A stretch of DNA of 64,000 bases, taken from NCBI GenBank assembly GCA_050010755.1, contig JBEKKK010000001.1, positions 288,001 to 352,000 of the forward strand, in the 5' to 3' direction. Below the pieces are notes generated by a model. It was not told the DNA's origin and made no database searches. It saw only the letters and a program-made list of their open reading frames with translations. Source of the DNA: Candidatus Bathyarchaeia archaeon (lineage in GTDB: Archaea > Thermoproteota > Bathyarchaeia > Bathyarchaeales > Bathycorpusculaceae). The position numbers were made by a program, and so were the translations under genes. The stretch's first letter is position 1; each line of letters begins with the position of its first letter. Shown here one piece after another: positions 19,305-30,389 of this stretch.

Positions 19305-19478
19305 GGCGGTTCCTCGACCATGTTAAATTATCGATTAATATAAATTAGTTTAGCGGATTCGAATAATGCCTTGTTCTGCTTACACTCACCATTCTTTCCA
19401 TCCTCCGCCATCTTTTTGTATTGCACGGGCTACTTGTACAAGCATCAGTCAAATGCGAAGAGGGTTAAGTGCGTCTCT

Positions 19479-20588
19479 ATGAAGTATGAAATCAGATGTT
19501 CAGTTTGTAATAAGTCTCCATCCAGCTTGCTTGCGTTCAAGTGTCCGTCATGCAGCGAGCCATTAGACGTAAAACTGGATTTTAATTTTGAACCTGATAA
19601 GATACGCACAGGTAATTACAGTCTGTGGAGATACGAGCAGTTCTTCCCATATGCTCAAGAGAGGGAGAAAATCACCCTTTCTGAAGGCTGGACTCCGCTG
19701 GTAAGGTTCTCGGACAATGTTTATGTCAAACTTGAGAGTGCGAATCCCACAGGCTCTTTCAAGGACAGAGGCTCAACAGTTCTGTTTTCAGCTTTGCACG
19801 AACTGATAAGGGAGGCCGGGGGTTACATTTCTGAAGATTCTTCGGGCAACGCTGGAGCTTCGATGGCGGCCTATGCTGCACGCGCAGGGCTGAACGCCAG
19901 GATCTACGTTCCAGAAAGCGTTGCAGGCCCGAAGTTTAATCAAATTCAGTTTTACGGGGCACAAGTAACCAAAGTTTCAGGCGGCCGCGCTCGAGTTACT
20001 GAGGAAGCACAAAAAATGGAGAAGCGAAAATTCTATGTAGGCCATATACTTCACCCGCTGTTCAGAGACGGAATGAGAAGTCTTGCCTACGAATTGCTTG
20101 AACAGTTCGGATGGAGTGTTCCAGAACGCATTTACCTTCCAGTCTCCGCAGGAACATTGCTTCTGGGCCTGATAAGCGGCTTCAAACATTTGTCAGATTC
20201 TGGGGGTATAGACTCCCTTCCAAATATCGTAGCATGCCAGACACAGCAGGTCTCACCACTTTATCATCTATTCAAGGGCTTAAAGTACAATCCGCCAGAA
20301 ACTGTTACGTCCATTGCTGATGCTCTCGTGAGCGTCAAACCTCCTCTGTTAGATATGATGGTCAATAGGTTGAAAGAGGTTAAGGGCGATGCAGTAATGG
20401 TTGGAGAGGATGAAATAATTGAAGCATTCCTAGAACTTGCGAGGAGCGGCTTCTTTGTTGAACCTAGCTCGGCCGTTGCCTTCGCAGGTTACAAAAAACA
20501 ACTCAGGACTAACGTGATATCAAAAGAGAACAAAGTTGTGATAGTTTTGACTGGCAACGGTTTGAAAACGACGGTTAAGCCAGTTTGA
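19479..20588 (+). CDS. Threonine synthase-like PLP enzyme with N-terminal Zn ribbon
   Basis: CxxC...CPSC, LSEGWTPL, NPTGSFKDRG, DSSGNAG, VEPSSA and LTGNGLK. Confidence 0.85.
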   Translation: MKYEIRCSVCNKSPSSLLAFKCPSCSEPLDVKLDFNFEPDKIRTGNYSLWRYEQFFPYAQEREKITLSEGWTPLVRFSDNVYVKLESANPTGSFKDRGSTVLFSALHELIREAGGYISEDSSGNAGASMAAYAARAGLNARIYVPESVAGPKFNQIQFYGAQVTKVSGGRARVTEEAQKMEKRKFYVGHILHPLFRDGMRSLAYELLEQFGWSVPERIYLPVSAGTLLLGLISGFKHLSDSGGIDSLPNIVACQTQQVSPLYHLFKGLKYNPPETVTSIADALVSVKPPLLDMMVNRLKEVKGDAVMVGEDEIIEAFLELARSGFFVEPSSAVAFAGYKKQLRTNVISKENKVVIVLTGNGLKTTVKPV

Positions 20589-20698
20589 TTTCGAGTCTCA
20601 AGGGCTGATGGTCAAAAGTCTTGCTTTCGGCCGAATATTTTAGAAAAACTTATATGGTGAAGCTGTTTCTGTTTGTGACGCATTAAGGAGGTTATGAT

Positions 20699-22366
20699 TT
20701 GTCATCGCAACAATCAGCTGGCGGTGTTCCAGTTTTAGTGCTGAAGGAAGGTTCAAGCCGTTCAAGAGGTAAAGAGGCGCAAAACACAAACATCGAAGCA
20801 GCAAAGATAGTAGCTGAGGCGGTCAAGAGTTCCCTCGGCCCTAAGGGCATGGATAAGATGCTCGTTGACAGTTTCGGCGACGTCACGATTACGAGTGACG
20901 GCCGCACAATCTTGGATGAGATGGACATTCAGCATCCAGCAGCGAAGATGATGGTGGAAGTTGCCAAAACACAGGACAACGAAGCTGGAGACGGAACGAC
21001 AACAGCCGTGATAATATCTGGTGAGCTTCTCAACAAGGCTCAGGAACTGATTGAGAAGAACGTTCATCCAACGATTATAATCGACGGATACAGAAAAGCC
21101 GCAGAAAAGGCACTGGAAATCTTGGAAAAAATCGCGATACCTGTAGACCTGAACTCTCAGGATTACTTGAAGAAAGCCGCAATGACATCGATGGCCAGCA
21201 AACTGGTCGCCGAACACAAGGAATACCTTGCGGACTTGGCTGTAAAATCGATTCTTGCGGTTGCAGAGAAGGAAGGCGAGAAGTACAAGGCAGACGTGGA
21301 CGATGTGAAGGTTGAGAAGAAACCCGGCGAATCCGTGAAGGACACGAAGCTGATCCAGGGCATAGTGTTGGACAAGGACGTCGCGCATTCTGGAATGCCT
21401 AAACGCGTGGAGAAAGCAAAAATTCTCTTGCTGGACGCGGTGCTTGAGATTGAAAAGACCGAGTTCGACGCTAAAATCAACATCGAAAGCCCTGAGCAGA
21501 TGGAGGCGTTCATAAAACAGGAAGAAGATATGCTGCGCGATATGGTTGACAAGGTTGTCAAGACAGGCGCAAACGTCGTTCTCACGGAGAAAGGTATCGA
21601 CGACATGGCCCAGCACTTCATGGCGAGAAAAGGAATACTTGCAGTTAGACGAAACAAGAAGTCGGACATGGAGAAACTTGCAAAGGCCACTGGAGGAAAA
21701 ATAGTTTCTAACTTGGATTCCATGACTTCGGAAGATTTGGGTTATGCGGCTCTGGTGGAAGAACGCAAGATAGGCGACGACAAGATGACTTTCATAGAAG
21801 GCTGCAAGCACCCGAAGGCCGTCACGATTCTTATCAGAGGTGGAACACAACGCATAGTAGACGAAGCTGAAAGATCATTGCACGACGCTCTATGCGTTGT
21901 CAGAGACATAGTTCAGGAACCCAAAGTACTTGCCGGTGGCGGCTCGCCTGAACTGGAAGTTTCTCGCGGACTGAAGAAGTATGCTGAGACGCTTCCCGGA
22001 AGGGAGCAGCTTGCAGTAGTCGCTTTTGCAGAGGCCCTTGAAGCGATCCCGACGACGCTGACAGAAAACGCTGGCCTCGACCCGATTGACATACTCTCGG
22101 ATCTGAGGTCAAGACACGAGAAAGGCGAAGTGTGGGCAGGAATAGAAGTTAACACTGGAAAAACACAGGACATGAGCAAGGCCGGAGTTATAGAACCGAT
22201 TTCCGTCAAGAAACAGATAATCAAATCGGCAACTGAAGCCTCGACGATGCTTCTAAAAATCGACGATGTGATAGCTTCTGGAAAGATGAGAACTCCTCCA
22301 GGACCCCCAGGGGGCGGAGGCCCAGGCGGGATGGGCGGCGGTTACCCTGGCATGGGGGAGTACTAG
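20699..22366 (+). CDS. ths: Thermosome (group II chaperonin) subunit
   Basis: [21 protein letters not shown] and a Gly/Met-rich C-tail. Confidence 0.97.
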   Translation: MSSQQSAGGVPVLVLKEGSSRSRGKEAQNTNIEAAKIVAEAVKSSLGPKGMDKMLVDSFGDVTITSDGRTILDEMDIQHPAAKMMVEVAKTQDNEAGDGTTTAVIISGELLNKAQELIEKNVHPTIIIDGYRKAAEKALEILEKIAIPVDLNSQDYLKKAAMTSMASKLVAEHKEYLADLAVKSILAVAEKEGEKYKADVDDVKVEKKPGESVKDTKLIQGIVLDKDVAHSGMPKRVEKAKILLLDAVLEIEKTEFDAKINIESPEQMEAFIKQEEDMLRDMVDKVVKTGANVVLTEKGIDDMAQHFMARKGILAVRRNKKSDMEKLAKATGGKIVSNLDSMTSEDLGYAALVEERKIGDDKMTFIEGCKHPKAVTILIRGGTQRIVDEAERSLHDALCVVRDIVQEPKVLAGGGSPELEVSRGLKKYAETLPGREQLAVVAFAEALEAIPTTLTENAGLDPIDILSDLRSRHEKGEVWAGIEVNTGKTQDMSKAGVIEPISVKKQIIKSATEASTMLLKIDDVIASGKMRTPPGPPGGGGPGGMGGGYPGMGEY

Positions 22367-22624
22367 AACTACGTCAGAGAAACAGAAAATCACGATTGGA
22401 CCGCCAAAAATCACCCGGTTCGAAAAGGCAAGGATAGTAGGGGCTAGAGCCCTTCAGATATCCATGGGAGCCCCCATACTTGTCGAAGTGTCGGAAGGCT
22501 TTACAGGACCTATACAAATAGCGTTGAAAGAGTTCGCAGCCGACATACTGCCCATGACCGTTAGAAGGACATTGCCAGACGGCAGCTTTCAAGACATTCC
22601 ATTGAAATGGCTTCTTGCGGGGAG

Positions 22625-23113
22625 CTAAACGCTCTCCTTTTTTAGTTTCTGCAGATTCGATGAAATCTCCAGGGTTTCTCTGATTTTCGTCCAGTGCGCG
22701 CCTTGCCAGTAAACTTGACCGCAATTGGGACATTCCCAGAAATTGGTGTTATGTTCAAGAGTGTTTTTCTCAACTCGGTCTGCGACTTTTTCTATTGGAA
22801 CGGGATTGACCGGGGTGTTGCACTTAGGGCATCTGGACGTTGCCATGTCTATTTTAAGGTTGATGCCGAACCTGGCGGCGAGCTCGGCCAGTTTCTCCTG
22901 TTCGGTTTGTCCTTCAACGTAGAATGCTTCGATTTCTCTGGCAACGGCATGTTGGTAGAGTGCGAAATCTCTTGTGAGCAGAATTCTATGCTCTTTCTTG
23001 GCGATTGTCAACAGCATAGAATCATCCATGCTGTTCGAGTATTCTACGTCGTGTCCCATCATTCGAAGCCAGCGAGCCAGTTTGCCTAGCATCCCGTCGA
23101 TGACAAACTTCAA
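22625..23113 (-). CDS. Mut7-C RNase (PIN fold) domain protein with Zn ribbon
   Basis: [26 protein letters not shown] and [13 protein letters not shown]. Confidence 0.9.
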   Translation of the reverse strand: MKFVIDGMLGKLARWLRMMGHDVEYSNSMDDSMLLTIAKKEHRILLTRDFALYQHAVAREIEAFYVEGQTEQEKLAELAARFGINLKIDMATSRCPKCNTPVNPVPIEKVADRVEKNTLEHNTNFWECPNCGQVYWQGAHWTKIRETLEISSNLQKLKKESV

Positions 23114-23117
23114 GAGG

Positions 23118-24458
23118 TCACTCTCTCCGGATTACTCTTCCGCTTCCAGGTTTCGCCACGATCTCGCCGTCTTCCATGATCAGTCGACCAGCAACGATGG
23201 TCTTGACCGGTTGCCCCTGAACCTCGCGGCCTTCGAAGGGTGAGAACCTTGCTTTTGAATGGAACTTTGACGCTTCAATCTTGTATTTCCTGTTGAGATC
23301 GACAACTGTGAGGTCAGCATCGTTTCCTTCTTTCAACCGGCCCTTGCCTTTCAGTTCGAAGATATCCGCTGGTTTTTCGGACATGAGTCTAACCACGTCG
23401 CCGATTGACATTCGACCACGCTTAACCTCGGTGAGAAGAAGCGGAAGCGTCGTCTCTAAGCCTGGTATTCCAACTTTGACGTCCCAAACAGACTCTGCTT
23501 CCTTTTCCTTCAGAGTGTGCGGTGCATGATCAGATCCTATCACGTCAACCCAGCCGTCTTTGACAGCCTCCCACAAACCGTCAACGTCACGCCTATCACG
23601 TAAAGGCGGCATAGTCACGCCCAAATTTCCAACCCGTTTCAACTCCTTAACGGCCAGTAGGAGATGATGAGGCGTTACTTCACAGGTTACCTTCAGCCCG
23701 GACTTCTTGGCCTCGATTATTTTCATCATTCCTGCTTCTGTGCTAACGTGACAAAAATGCAAATGCGTCCCAGTTTGCCTTATGAGGTTTAACAAACGTT
23801 CGATAGCCTTCACTTCGACATCTTCAGAATGCGCCATCAAGAAAGCGTTCATGTCGTTTCGACCGATTATCTTGAACTTGGATTCGTTTCTTTTCAAAAT
23901 CTGCTCGTCTTCAGCGTGACTTGCTGTTACGATCCCTGAGTTGCCCGCAACTTTGAACGCTTCCGTAATAGCCTGGTCGTTGTGAATGTCCAGCCCACCG
24001 ACTTGTTCAGCCATGTAAAGTTTGAAGCCGACTGCACCCATTCTTGACAGCGTTAGGATTTCCGAAACGTCTCTCGGAAATTCAGAATAAAATCCGACGT
24101 TCACCAAAATTTTCCTCTCAGCAAGTCCAATTCTGTTTCTCAGAGTTTCAACACTCATGGTCACTGGATTGTTGTTGGGCATGTCGAGAACGGTTGTCAT
24201 TCCACCGGCGGATGCCGCCGCTGTGCCGGTGTGAAAATCCTCTTTATAGGCCTTGCCTTCATCTCGAAGATGCACGTGAGCATCTATCAAACCAGGTAAC
24301 AAGAGGAAACTCTTCAAATCTAATCTGGCGTCTGAATTTGGCATGTTAGTTTCCCTGCCTATTTTGAGAATCTTGCCATCTTCAATTGCCAGGCTACAAT
24401 CTACTATCGCCTTGTTCATGTAGGCCTTTGCATTGACCAAAACCATGTCAACGATCAA
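23118..24458 (-). CDS. pyrC: Dihydroorotase (cyclic amidohydrolase)
   Basis: PGLIDAHVHLR, DMPN, HAED, CEVTPHHL, PPLR and SDHAPH. Confidence 0.85.
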   Translation of the reverse strand: MIVDMVLVNAKAYMNKAIVDCSLAIEDGKILKIGRETNMPNSDARLDLKSFLLLPGLIDAHVHLRDEGKAYKEDFHTGTAAASAGGMTTVLDMPNNNPVTMSVETLRNRIGLAERKILVNVGFYSEFPRDVSEILTLSRMGAVGFKLYMAEQVGGLDIHNDQAITEAFKVAGNSGIVTASHAEDEQILKRNESKFKIIGRNDMNAFLMAHSEDVEVKAIERLLNLIRQTGTHLHFCHVSTEAGMMKIIEAKKSGLKVTCEVTPHHLLLAVKELKRVGNLGVTMPPLRDRRDVDGLWEAVKDGWVDVIGSDHAPHTLKEKEAESVWDVKVGIPGLETTLPLLLTEVKRGRMSIGDVVRLMSEKPADIFELKGKGRLKEGNDADLTVVDLNRKYKIEASKFHSKARFSPFEGREVQGQPVKTIVAGRLIMEDGEIVAKPGSGRVIRRE

Positions 24459-24880
24459 ATTGACACCGCCTTTCTTGCTTTATCAACATCATTACAATAC
24501 GTTAAAAGTTTGCCTTATCAGCACACGAAGAAGCAACGGATCCTAGGAACGCCGGTGGCTGTGAGAGCGCACAGTCTCTTTCTAAAGTGGTTGCTTGAAC
24601 GAGGCAGAATCAAATTGAATGCTCGACGCACGAGTTTGCTGTTTTGCTTTCACACATCCGCGACATCGTAGCTAGGTGAAATTGAGAGAGAGGTTGAAAG
24701 AATGGGACAAATGCACGTTTTCTTCGAAATCATATTTGGATCATATCGTCGACCGAGGGGGGAGGCCGTTGGCGCACACTAGAGCCCGCATCCTCCTATG
24801 AGCAAACTCAAAAAAACCCATCGCGCTGTATCGGTCAGAAATCTAGTTTAGGAACATTATGCACGCGATTCTGGGATGTT

Positions 24881-25789
24881 TTATTCAATTATTTTGAAGA
24901 AGTCTCTTTCCGTTATCATGCCGACAAGCTTCTCATTCTTCACGACAGGCATGGCGCCGATGTTCTTCTCCTGCATGATCTTAGCCGCCTGTCCCACATC
25001 CACGTCCGGCTCGATCGTCGTCACGGTTTTCGAAGCTATCTCCAAAGCAGGATTATTCAAAACTTGGATTATCGTTCCGGACCGTAAATACGAAAACGCC
25101 TCCCCACACCCGAAGAACCGGATGATATCCATAGCCGTAATTATGCCTACAACCCTCCCGTCCGACACGATTGGCAGCCTCCTGAAACCCTCCGTAGCCA
25201 TCGTCTTCTCAGCCTCGAAAATCGTCGTCTTCGGCAAAGCTGTTATCACCTTCTCCGACATAAGCTGGGAGACTTTCACTCCGCTGGTTCTGTCAGCGAA
25301 AAGGTTTGCAATGTCCCTTTCAGTGATTATCGCTTTCACGCTGTCTTTTTCGTCGACAACCGGCAGACCCCCGAGGTTTGACTCCTTCATTTTTCCTATA
25401 GCTTCACTTATTTTCGCAGACGTTTTCACAGATACGACGTTCTGCGTCATCACCAGTTTTATCGGCTCGTTAATCGCCTTGAAAAAGTTCCCATCAAACC
25501 TTTGCCGGACAATTTCAAACTTCTCGCCTCCGCCCAAATAGTCAACCACGTCCGTTGCCGTCACTATCCCTTCCAGATGCTTGGTTCCAGCGTTGACGAT
25601 GGGAAGTCGGCGAAAACCCTTGTCAGCCATCAAGTGAATGGCATCGTAAATCGGCGTGGTAGGAGCCACCATGACAACCGGACTCTTCGCCACGGTCAAG
25701 ATTTCACCGTCGCGCTTCTTCGCGCCATGAACCTTAAAGTCAACGGGACCCCTTCCCCTGATTCTCCTCCTGAAACCTTCTTTGCTCAA
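24881..25789 (-). CDS. CBS-domain protein (4 CBS)
   Basis: Repeated FRRLPIV / GIxTxxD CBS units. Confidence 0.9.
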   Translation of the reverse strand: MSKEGFRRRIRGRGPVDFKVHGAKKRDGEILTVAKSPVVMVAPTTPIYDAIHLMADKGFRRLPIVNAGTKHLEGIVTATDVVDYLGGGEKFEIVRQRFDGNFFKAINEPIKLVMTQNVVSVKTSAKISEAIGKMKESNLGGLPVVDEKDSVKAIITERDIANLFADRTSGVKVSQLMSEKVITALPKTTIFEAEKTMATEGFRRLPIVSDGRVVGIITAMDIIRFFGCGEAFSYLRSGTIIQVLNNPALEIASKTVTTIEPDVDVGQAAKIMQEKNIGAMPVVKNEKLVGMITERDFFKIIE

Positions 25790-25799
25790 CTGCTTTCCC

Positions 25800-26594
25800 T
25801 CACTTCACTATCAGTCTGACGATGTCTTCGCGGTCAACTATGCCAATGAGCCTGCCATCTTTGTCCTTAACCGGAACCCTGCCAATGTCCTTTGAAACCA
25901 TGACCTTGGCTACTCTGATGGCCTTTACCGAAGGCTCCACGGCCACGATCTCCGTTTTCATCACAGAAGAGATCTTGGGCGAACCTCGAATCTTTTGAGA
26001 CTCAAAAGTCGGCAGAAAGGCGCCGCTCTGCAGCAGATCCTTATGCGTAACGATGCCCACAAGTTTACCATTCTTAACCACTGGAAGGCCTGCAAAACGC
26101 CTCTCCTGCATCAAACGCCAAATGTGTTCAACCTCATCATCCGGCGAACACGTAACGACATTCTCAGTCATTATCTCCGAGACATCTTTAGCGAATTTTT
26201 CAGGGTTGGTTTCAATTTGCTGCTCTATAAACGCTTCCAGACCTAAAACCCCGTGGTAGGTTCTATCTTGAGATGACATGACAACCGGCGCGCACCACAC
26301 GTCCACTTTGAGCATGGTTCTAACGGTTGACGTCAAATCATCGTCGACCGCTGCAACATGCTTTGCGGGGGTCATTATGCCCTTGACAAGAATCGAAGAC
26401 TTCGACGACGATATAGCCATAATGTCGCGTCTGGATACTTTTCCCAGAAGTTTTTTGTTCCCATCCGTTACGGGCAGAATTCTAAGGTTGAAGTCCCGTA
26501 TCATTGCACGAGCTTTTGTAGCAAGCTCATCCAAGTAGATGGACGGATGCTTTCCATCCATGATTTCTTTGACACGCAAGCAAGCCCCTCTCAC
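25800..26594 (-). CDS. CBS-domain protein (4 CBS)
   Basis: LPV...GKVSRRD, GIVTHKD and GIVDRED. Confidence 0.9.
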   Translation of the reverse strand: MRGACLRVKEIMDGKHPSIYLDELATKARAMIRDFNLRILPVTDGNKKLLGKVSRRDIMAISSSKSSILVKGIMTPAKHVAAVDDDLTSTVRTMLKVDVWCAPVVMSSQDRTYHGVLGLEAFIEQQIETNPEKFAKDVSEIMTENVVTCSPDDEVEHIWRLMQERRFAGLPVVKNGKLVGIVTHKDLLQSGAFLPTFESQKIRGSPKISSVMKTEIVAVEPSVKAIRVAKVMVSKDIGRVPVKDKDGRLIGIVDREDIVRLIVK

Positions 26595-27178
26595 TCTTCG
26601 GTTTCTTCCAGCTCAACCCTGCAGTCTTCACAGTGATATTCGCCGTTGACTTCTGTCAGAGTGTCAGACCAAACACCACAATGGTCGCAGTAGCCTGCCA
26701 GCGGAGCCCGGTCTTCCTGCTCCTCCTCAGCCATGTTTTCGCCTTCAATCATGGCTTTTTCCTGTATTATTTCGAGCAGTTCAGGCATGACACCGAGAAC
26801 GTCTTTGCTCGAGATTATGCCGACGAGTCGCCCCTTATAGACAACACCGAGTCTTCTTATGTTCAACCTGCTCATCCGTCTAGCAGTATCCGTGATCGTC
26901 GCATCTGGCTCTATGGTGATAAGCGGTGATGTCATAACTTCTTCGGCCTTAAGCGTATCTGGCTTGATGTTCTTGGCCAACACTCTCAGGACAAGGTCTC
27001 TTTCGGTTATAACGCCGATTGGTTTTTCCTCTTTAGTCGTAACTATAACGCAACCCACGCCGTGCTTGTCCATGAGCTCCGCAACACAATTCGCGGGCGC
27101 GCTTTCCTCCACAGTAATGGCTGGGCTACTCATGACATCCTTGACCAGCATTTTAGGCCTTAACCCAAGATCAGACAT
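26591..27178 (-). CDS. CBS-pair protein with C-terminal Zn ribbon
   Basis: VKDVMS, GVITERD and C-terminal CDHCG...CEDC. Confidence 0.9.
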   Translation of the reverse strand: MSDLGLRPKMLVKDVMSSPAITVEESAPANCVAELMDKHGVGCVIVTTKEEKPIGVITERDLVLRVLAKNIKPDTLKAEEVMTSPLITIEPDATITDTARRMSRLNIRRLGVVYKGRLVGIISSKDVLGVMPELLEIIQEKAMIEGENMAEEEQEDRAPLAGYCDHCGVWSDTLTEVNGEYHCEDCRVELEETEE

Positions 27179-27348
27179 ATTGTTCAGCCACACACGCAAT
27201 TGCTTCGAAACGTTTTAACTTTACTCAAGTGAAAAGATACAGTGTCATTTAAGACTTGCTAACGCAGAATTAGGAACCCCCGAAACCCTTTTTCATGCCT
27301 GTGCCAACTTTTATATTCCCGCATTGATAGAAACAGTTCCTTAAGGGA

Positions 27349-28254
27349 ATGTTCATGCTGAGGACCAATGTTGACAAGTTAGTTCGGCTTTCTGTGGTCG
27401 GGGAGGCCGTTAGCCCAGTTTTCGGAAGGGGCGTTTACAGGATTTCAGCACAAGGCAACCCTATGGTTTTGCCCGGCGTGGGCGGCGTCACTTACAATGT
27501 CAGAGTTGGCGATCTGGCTTGCGGGTGGGAGGCTGATCACGTGGAGCCAGGCGTGAGTGTTGAGAACAAGGAGAATGACGTTCGGTTTGGGCAGGGCGCC
27601 AATGCCGCGTTCAACGTACTCTCATGCGTCGGAAACGAGGCCATTGTTGTTACTGGCGAGGCAAAGGGTGCGAAGGGCGTTGTCACTGGCAAACACGGCG
27701 GAATAGAACATGTTCTGGTGGACGTCCAGCCAGAGATCATGGAGAAGCTCATGCTCGGCGACAAGTTCCTCGTGAAAGCCTTCGGCGTTGGCTTGAAACT
27801 CCTAGATTTTCCAGAGATAATCGTAATGAACATGGACCCAAGATTTCTTGGAGCGCTCAACCCAAGGATAAAGGGCGAAAAGCTCGAAATACCCGTGACG
27901 CACGTGATTCCGGCTGGCATAATGGGTTCAGGACTAGGTTCAGACAACACGTACTCCGGAGATTATGACATCCAGCTCTTCGACGAGAGAGCAAGAAAGC
28001 AATACAAACTTGACAACCTGAAGCTCGGCGATCTCGTCGCCATAACCGATGCGGATCACTCCTTTGGAAGGATATACAGACAGGGCGCGATTTCGGTCGG
28101 CATCGTCGTGCACACGAACTGTGTGTCAGCTGGCCACGGACCGGGAGTAACAACTCTTTTCACATCTCGCACTGGAAAAATCAACCCGAAGATAGATACG
28201 AAAGCAAACATTGCAACCATCCTGAAGTTGAGGACTGCCAAACCAAAAAGTTGA
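27349..28254 (+). CDS. DUF4438 (TM1086-like) conserved protein
   Basis: PGVGGVTYN, DHVEPGVS, GKHGG, SGDYDI and AGHGPGVT. Confidence 0.8.
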   Translation: MFMLRTNVDKLVRLSVVGEAVSPVFGRGVYRISAQGNPMVLPGVGGVTYNVRVGDLACGWEADHVEPGVSVENKENDVRFGQGANAAFNVLSCVGNEAIVVTGEAKGAKGVVTGKHGGIEHVLVDVQPEIMEKLMLGDKFLVKAFGVGLKLLDFPEIIVMNMDPRFLGALNPRIKGEKLEIPVTHVIPAGIMGSGLGSDNTYSGDYDIQLFDERARKQYKLDNLKLGDLVAITDADHSFGRIYRQGAISVGIVVHTNCVSAGHGPGVTTLFTSRTGKINPKIDTKANIATILKLRTAKPKS

Positions 28255-28517
28255 ACACGCAGCCCAAGATTCGAACCCCTGCGCGCGAGCAGATAATTTC
28301 GGCCCGCTCTTTATTGTGGCGAAAAATCGTCTATGCCATTCACAAATGTGCGGCAAATCAGAGTTGGTGACAGAAGAATCAGACTACAGCGGCCTCAATT
28401 CTCTTTTCTCCATTATCCGATTTCGACGAAAAACAAGCAAACAGCACTGGCGTTAGAATAGATATATAAACCCACATGTTCATTTCTTTGTTGAAGAATA
28501 ATTCAGGAGTAATTAGG

Positions 28518-28814
28518 TTGCCGTTTAAGCGTAAGAGCCGTGGTAGATCCAAAGGCGGCAAGGGCAGCAGCGGTTCTGTTCAATGCGCCAGCTGCGGAGC
28601 CATGGTGCCGAGGGACAAGGCCAAAAAGGTTACAAAGAGACTTTCTTTCGTCGATTACGCCTTGGCAAAAGAGCTTCGACAAAAGGGCACGTACATTGCC
28701 GTACCGTCAGACACGAAGTACTACTGCGTTTCGTGCGCGGTCCATCGCGGGGTCGTAAAGGTAAGAGCGGAAAATGAGCGTCACACACGCACGCGACCGG
28801 GAAGAAGATACTAG
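28518..28814 (+). CDS. rps26e: 30S ribosomal protein eS26 (S26e)
   Basis: MPFKRKSRGR, CASCGAMVPRDKA and YCVSCAVHRGVVKVR. TTG start after AGGAG. Confidence 0.95.
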   Translation: MPFKRKSRGRSKGGKGSSGSVQCASCGAMVPRDKAKKVTKRLSFVDYALAKELRQKGTYIAVPSDTKYYCVSCAVHRGVVKVRAENERHTRTRPGRRY

Positions 28815-28816
28815 GT

Positions 28817-29440
28817 TCAGACAGTTTCCTTTTTCTTTGATTTTCCATAGACGTACAGGCTTCTCTGCAGCACTGTTAGGTTTGAGATTATCGCCAAAAA
28901 GATGACTGCGACGTTCATCACCGTCGTCGGCTGCCAAAAAACCGCTATCAGCGTTGTCCCGAGCAGTACGATCATCCGTTCAGCTCTCTCTGCCAGGCCG
29001 ACGGATTCCATCTTGATTCCTGCCGCTTCGGCCCTTGCCCGACTGTAACTCACGAGTAGGGAGCCAGCCATGGCAATTAAGCCCCACAGAACATTGCACA
29101 GACCGCCCACGATTATGCCGATGTAAACGGCAGCGTCAGCGTACCTGTCTAGCACTGAATCTAGGAACCCGCCGAAAACTGTTGTCTGCCCGTGAAGGCG
29201 CGCGACTATTCCATCCAACGCGTCGCAAAAACCCGAAAGCAAGAGCAGAACAAAGGCGAGCAAAAGAAAAAATGCGCGCCATGCCAAATTCTGTCCCCAT
29301 TCACCATAAGCGAATGCACACAGAAAGGCCAACAGCCCGCCTATCCCAGTTATCATGTTGGGCGTCAAGCCGATTCTGTGAGCCGCTTTGGCCTCAGCCG
29401 TAAGCATCTGCTGGATTTTCTGCTTCAGTCTCGTAAGCAC
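28817..29440 (-). CDS. CDP-alcohol phosphatidyltransferase (archaetidylinositol-phosphate synthase-like)
   Basis: TPNMIT, DALDGIVAR...GGFLDSVLDRYAD, VSYSRARAE and ERAER. Confidence 0.9.
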   Translation of the reverse strand: MLTRLKQKIQQMLTAEAKAAHRIGLTPNMITGIGGLLAFLCAFAYGEWGQNLAWRAFFLLLAFVLLLLSGFCDALDGIVARLHGQTTVFGGFLDSVLDRYADAAVYIGIIVGGLCNVLWGLIAMAGSLLVSYSRARAEAAGIKMESVGLAERAERMIVLLGTTLIAVFWQPTTVMNVAVIFLAIISNLTVLQRSLYVYGKSKKKETV

Positions 29441-29513
29441 TTGCTGTTGTCTCTCCAACGATTTTTATTTAAGCTTGGATATGTAAAGAGCTTTGATTAA
29501 AAGGTGTTTGGAA

Positions 29514-29807
29514 ATGATTAACGTCACCGCTGTTAAGGTTGACGACAAAACTTTCACAGGCCTTAGAGTTGATTTGCCCGAAAGCCCGCCCCTGCTTCTT
29601 ATTGTAGCGGACAAAGGCTTCGTAATGTGCGGTTTCCTCAACATTGACGCAGCTGAAAAACTATGCGTGAATGCAGCCATGGTCAGCGGAGTGAAAACTT
29701 TCGAGGATGTACTTAACGCACAGGTCAAGGCGACTACGACGAAAGCCAGAAACTCGGGCGTGGAACCTGGAATGAAAGGCTCTGAAGCGTTGAAGCGCAT
29801 GTCCTAG
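29514..29807 (+). CDS. DUF1805/YunC family protein
   Basis: PLLLI, GFVMCGFLN, GVKTFED and GMKGSEAL. Confidence 0.85.
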   Translation: MINVTAVKVDDKTFTGLRVDLPESPPLLLIVADKGFVMCGFLNIDAAEKLCVNAAMVSGVKTFEDVLNAQVKATTTKARNSGVEPGMKGSEALKRMS

Positions 29808-30389
29808 GATTTGGCCTCAACAGCGTTCCACGCACGAAAGGGCAACTCCATATTTCTGGTTCTTGCATGCATTCCAAACTTCCAGCTCGTGCGTCATGTT
29901 CTTATAGCTGCACGCGCGGGTGAATTAAATAATTGGGAAAGTGTTGCATGAACTTTTTTGAAATTGGGACGTGGAGTAGCATGGAGTGTTTGAGGCGGTC
30001 TGCTGGTGTTTACCGCAATCATCTTCTCGGCTCCTGTGCGCAGGTTGATAAGTCTGGAGGGTTTTAGCAGTTCTGAGCCCAGGCTGGACTGAAGCCGTTA
30101 CTGCGTCTTCGCATCGTTATGCCGGTTAATCCTGAATTCTTCCTGGGGCAACGGTACAGTGAGTTTACATGATACTATGAGTGAGTTTTGAGTCTGAACA
30201 GAGCCCGCTGGGAGCTTCATTCACAAAACACAGTCTCCGTCAAGCTTAATTCTGAAAAACTTTTTTTCTCACATTAAAGACCCGCGTCCAAACTCAACGC
30301 TTCTCTTCTCTAATCTTCTCAGCATCCTAAACCACGCGCTCCCAAATTATTTAACTAGTCTGCACACTTTAGCCTCATGGTGTTAGAAG

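Noticed and set aside
20762-21850. Long antisense ORFs (this 362-aa one, and others such as 35010-35753, 49421-50047 and 24876-25541)
   Set aside because: They are shadows of well-conserved genes on the opposite strand and have no motifs of their own.
22374-22733. 119-aa minus-strand ORF between the thermosome and Mut7-C genes
   Set aside because: Its start lies inside Mut7-C, there is no start codon at the free end, and no family motif was recognised.
28255-28310. GGGTTCGAATC on the minus strand, resembling a tRNA T-loop
   Set aside because: The T-stem does not pair beyond three weak pairs, and no acceptor, D or anticodon arms could be built.
29808-30389. ~580-nt gap; 10-bp inverted pair TGTTCTTATA (29897) / TATAAGAACA (31425) flanking the OYE gene
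   Set aside because: No recognisable ORF, transposase or target-site duplication. The short AT-rich match could be chance or TATA-like.
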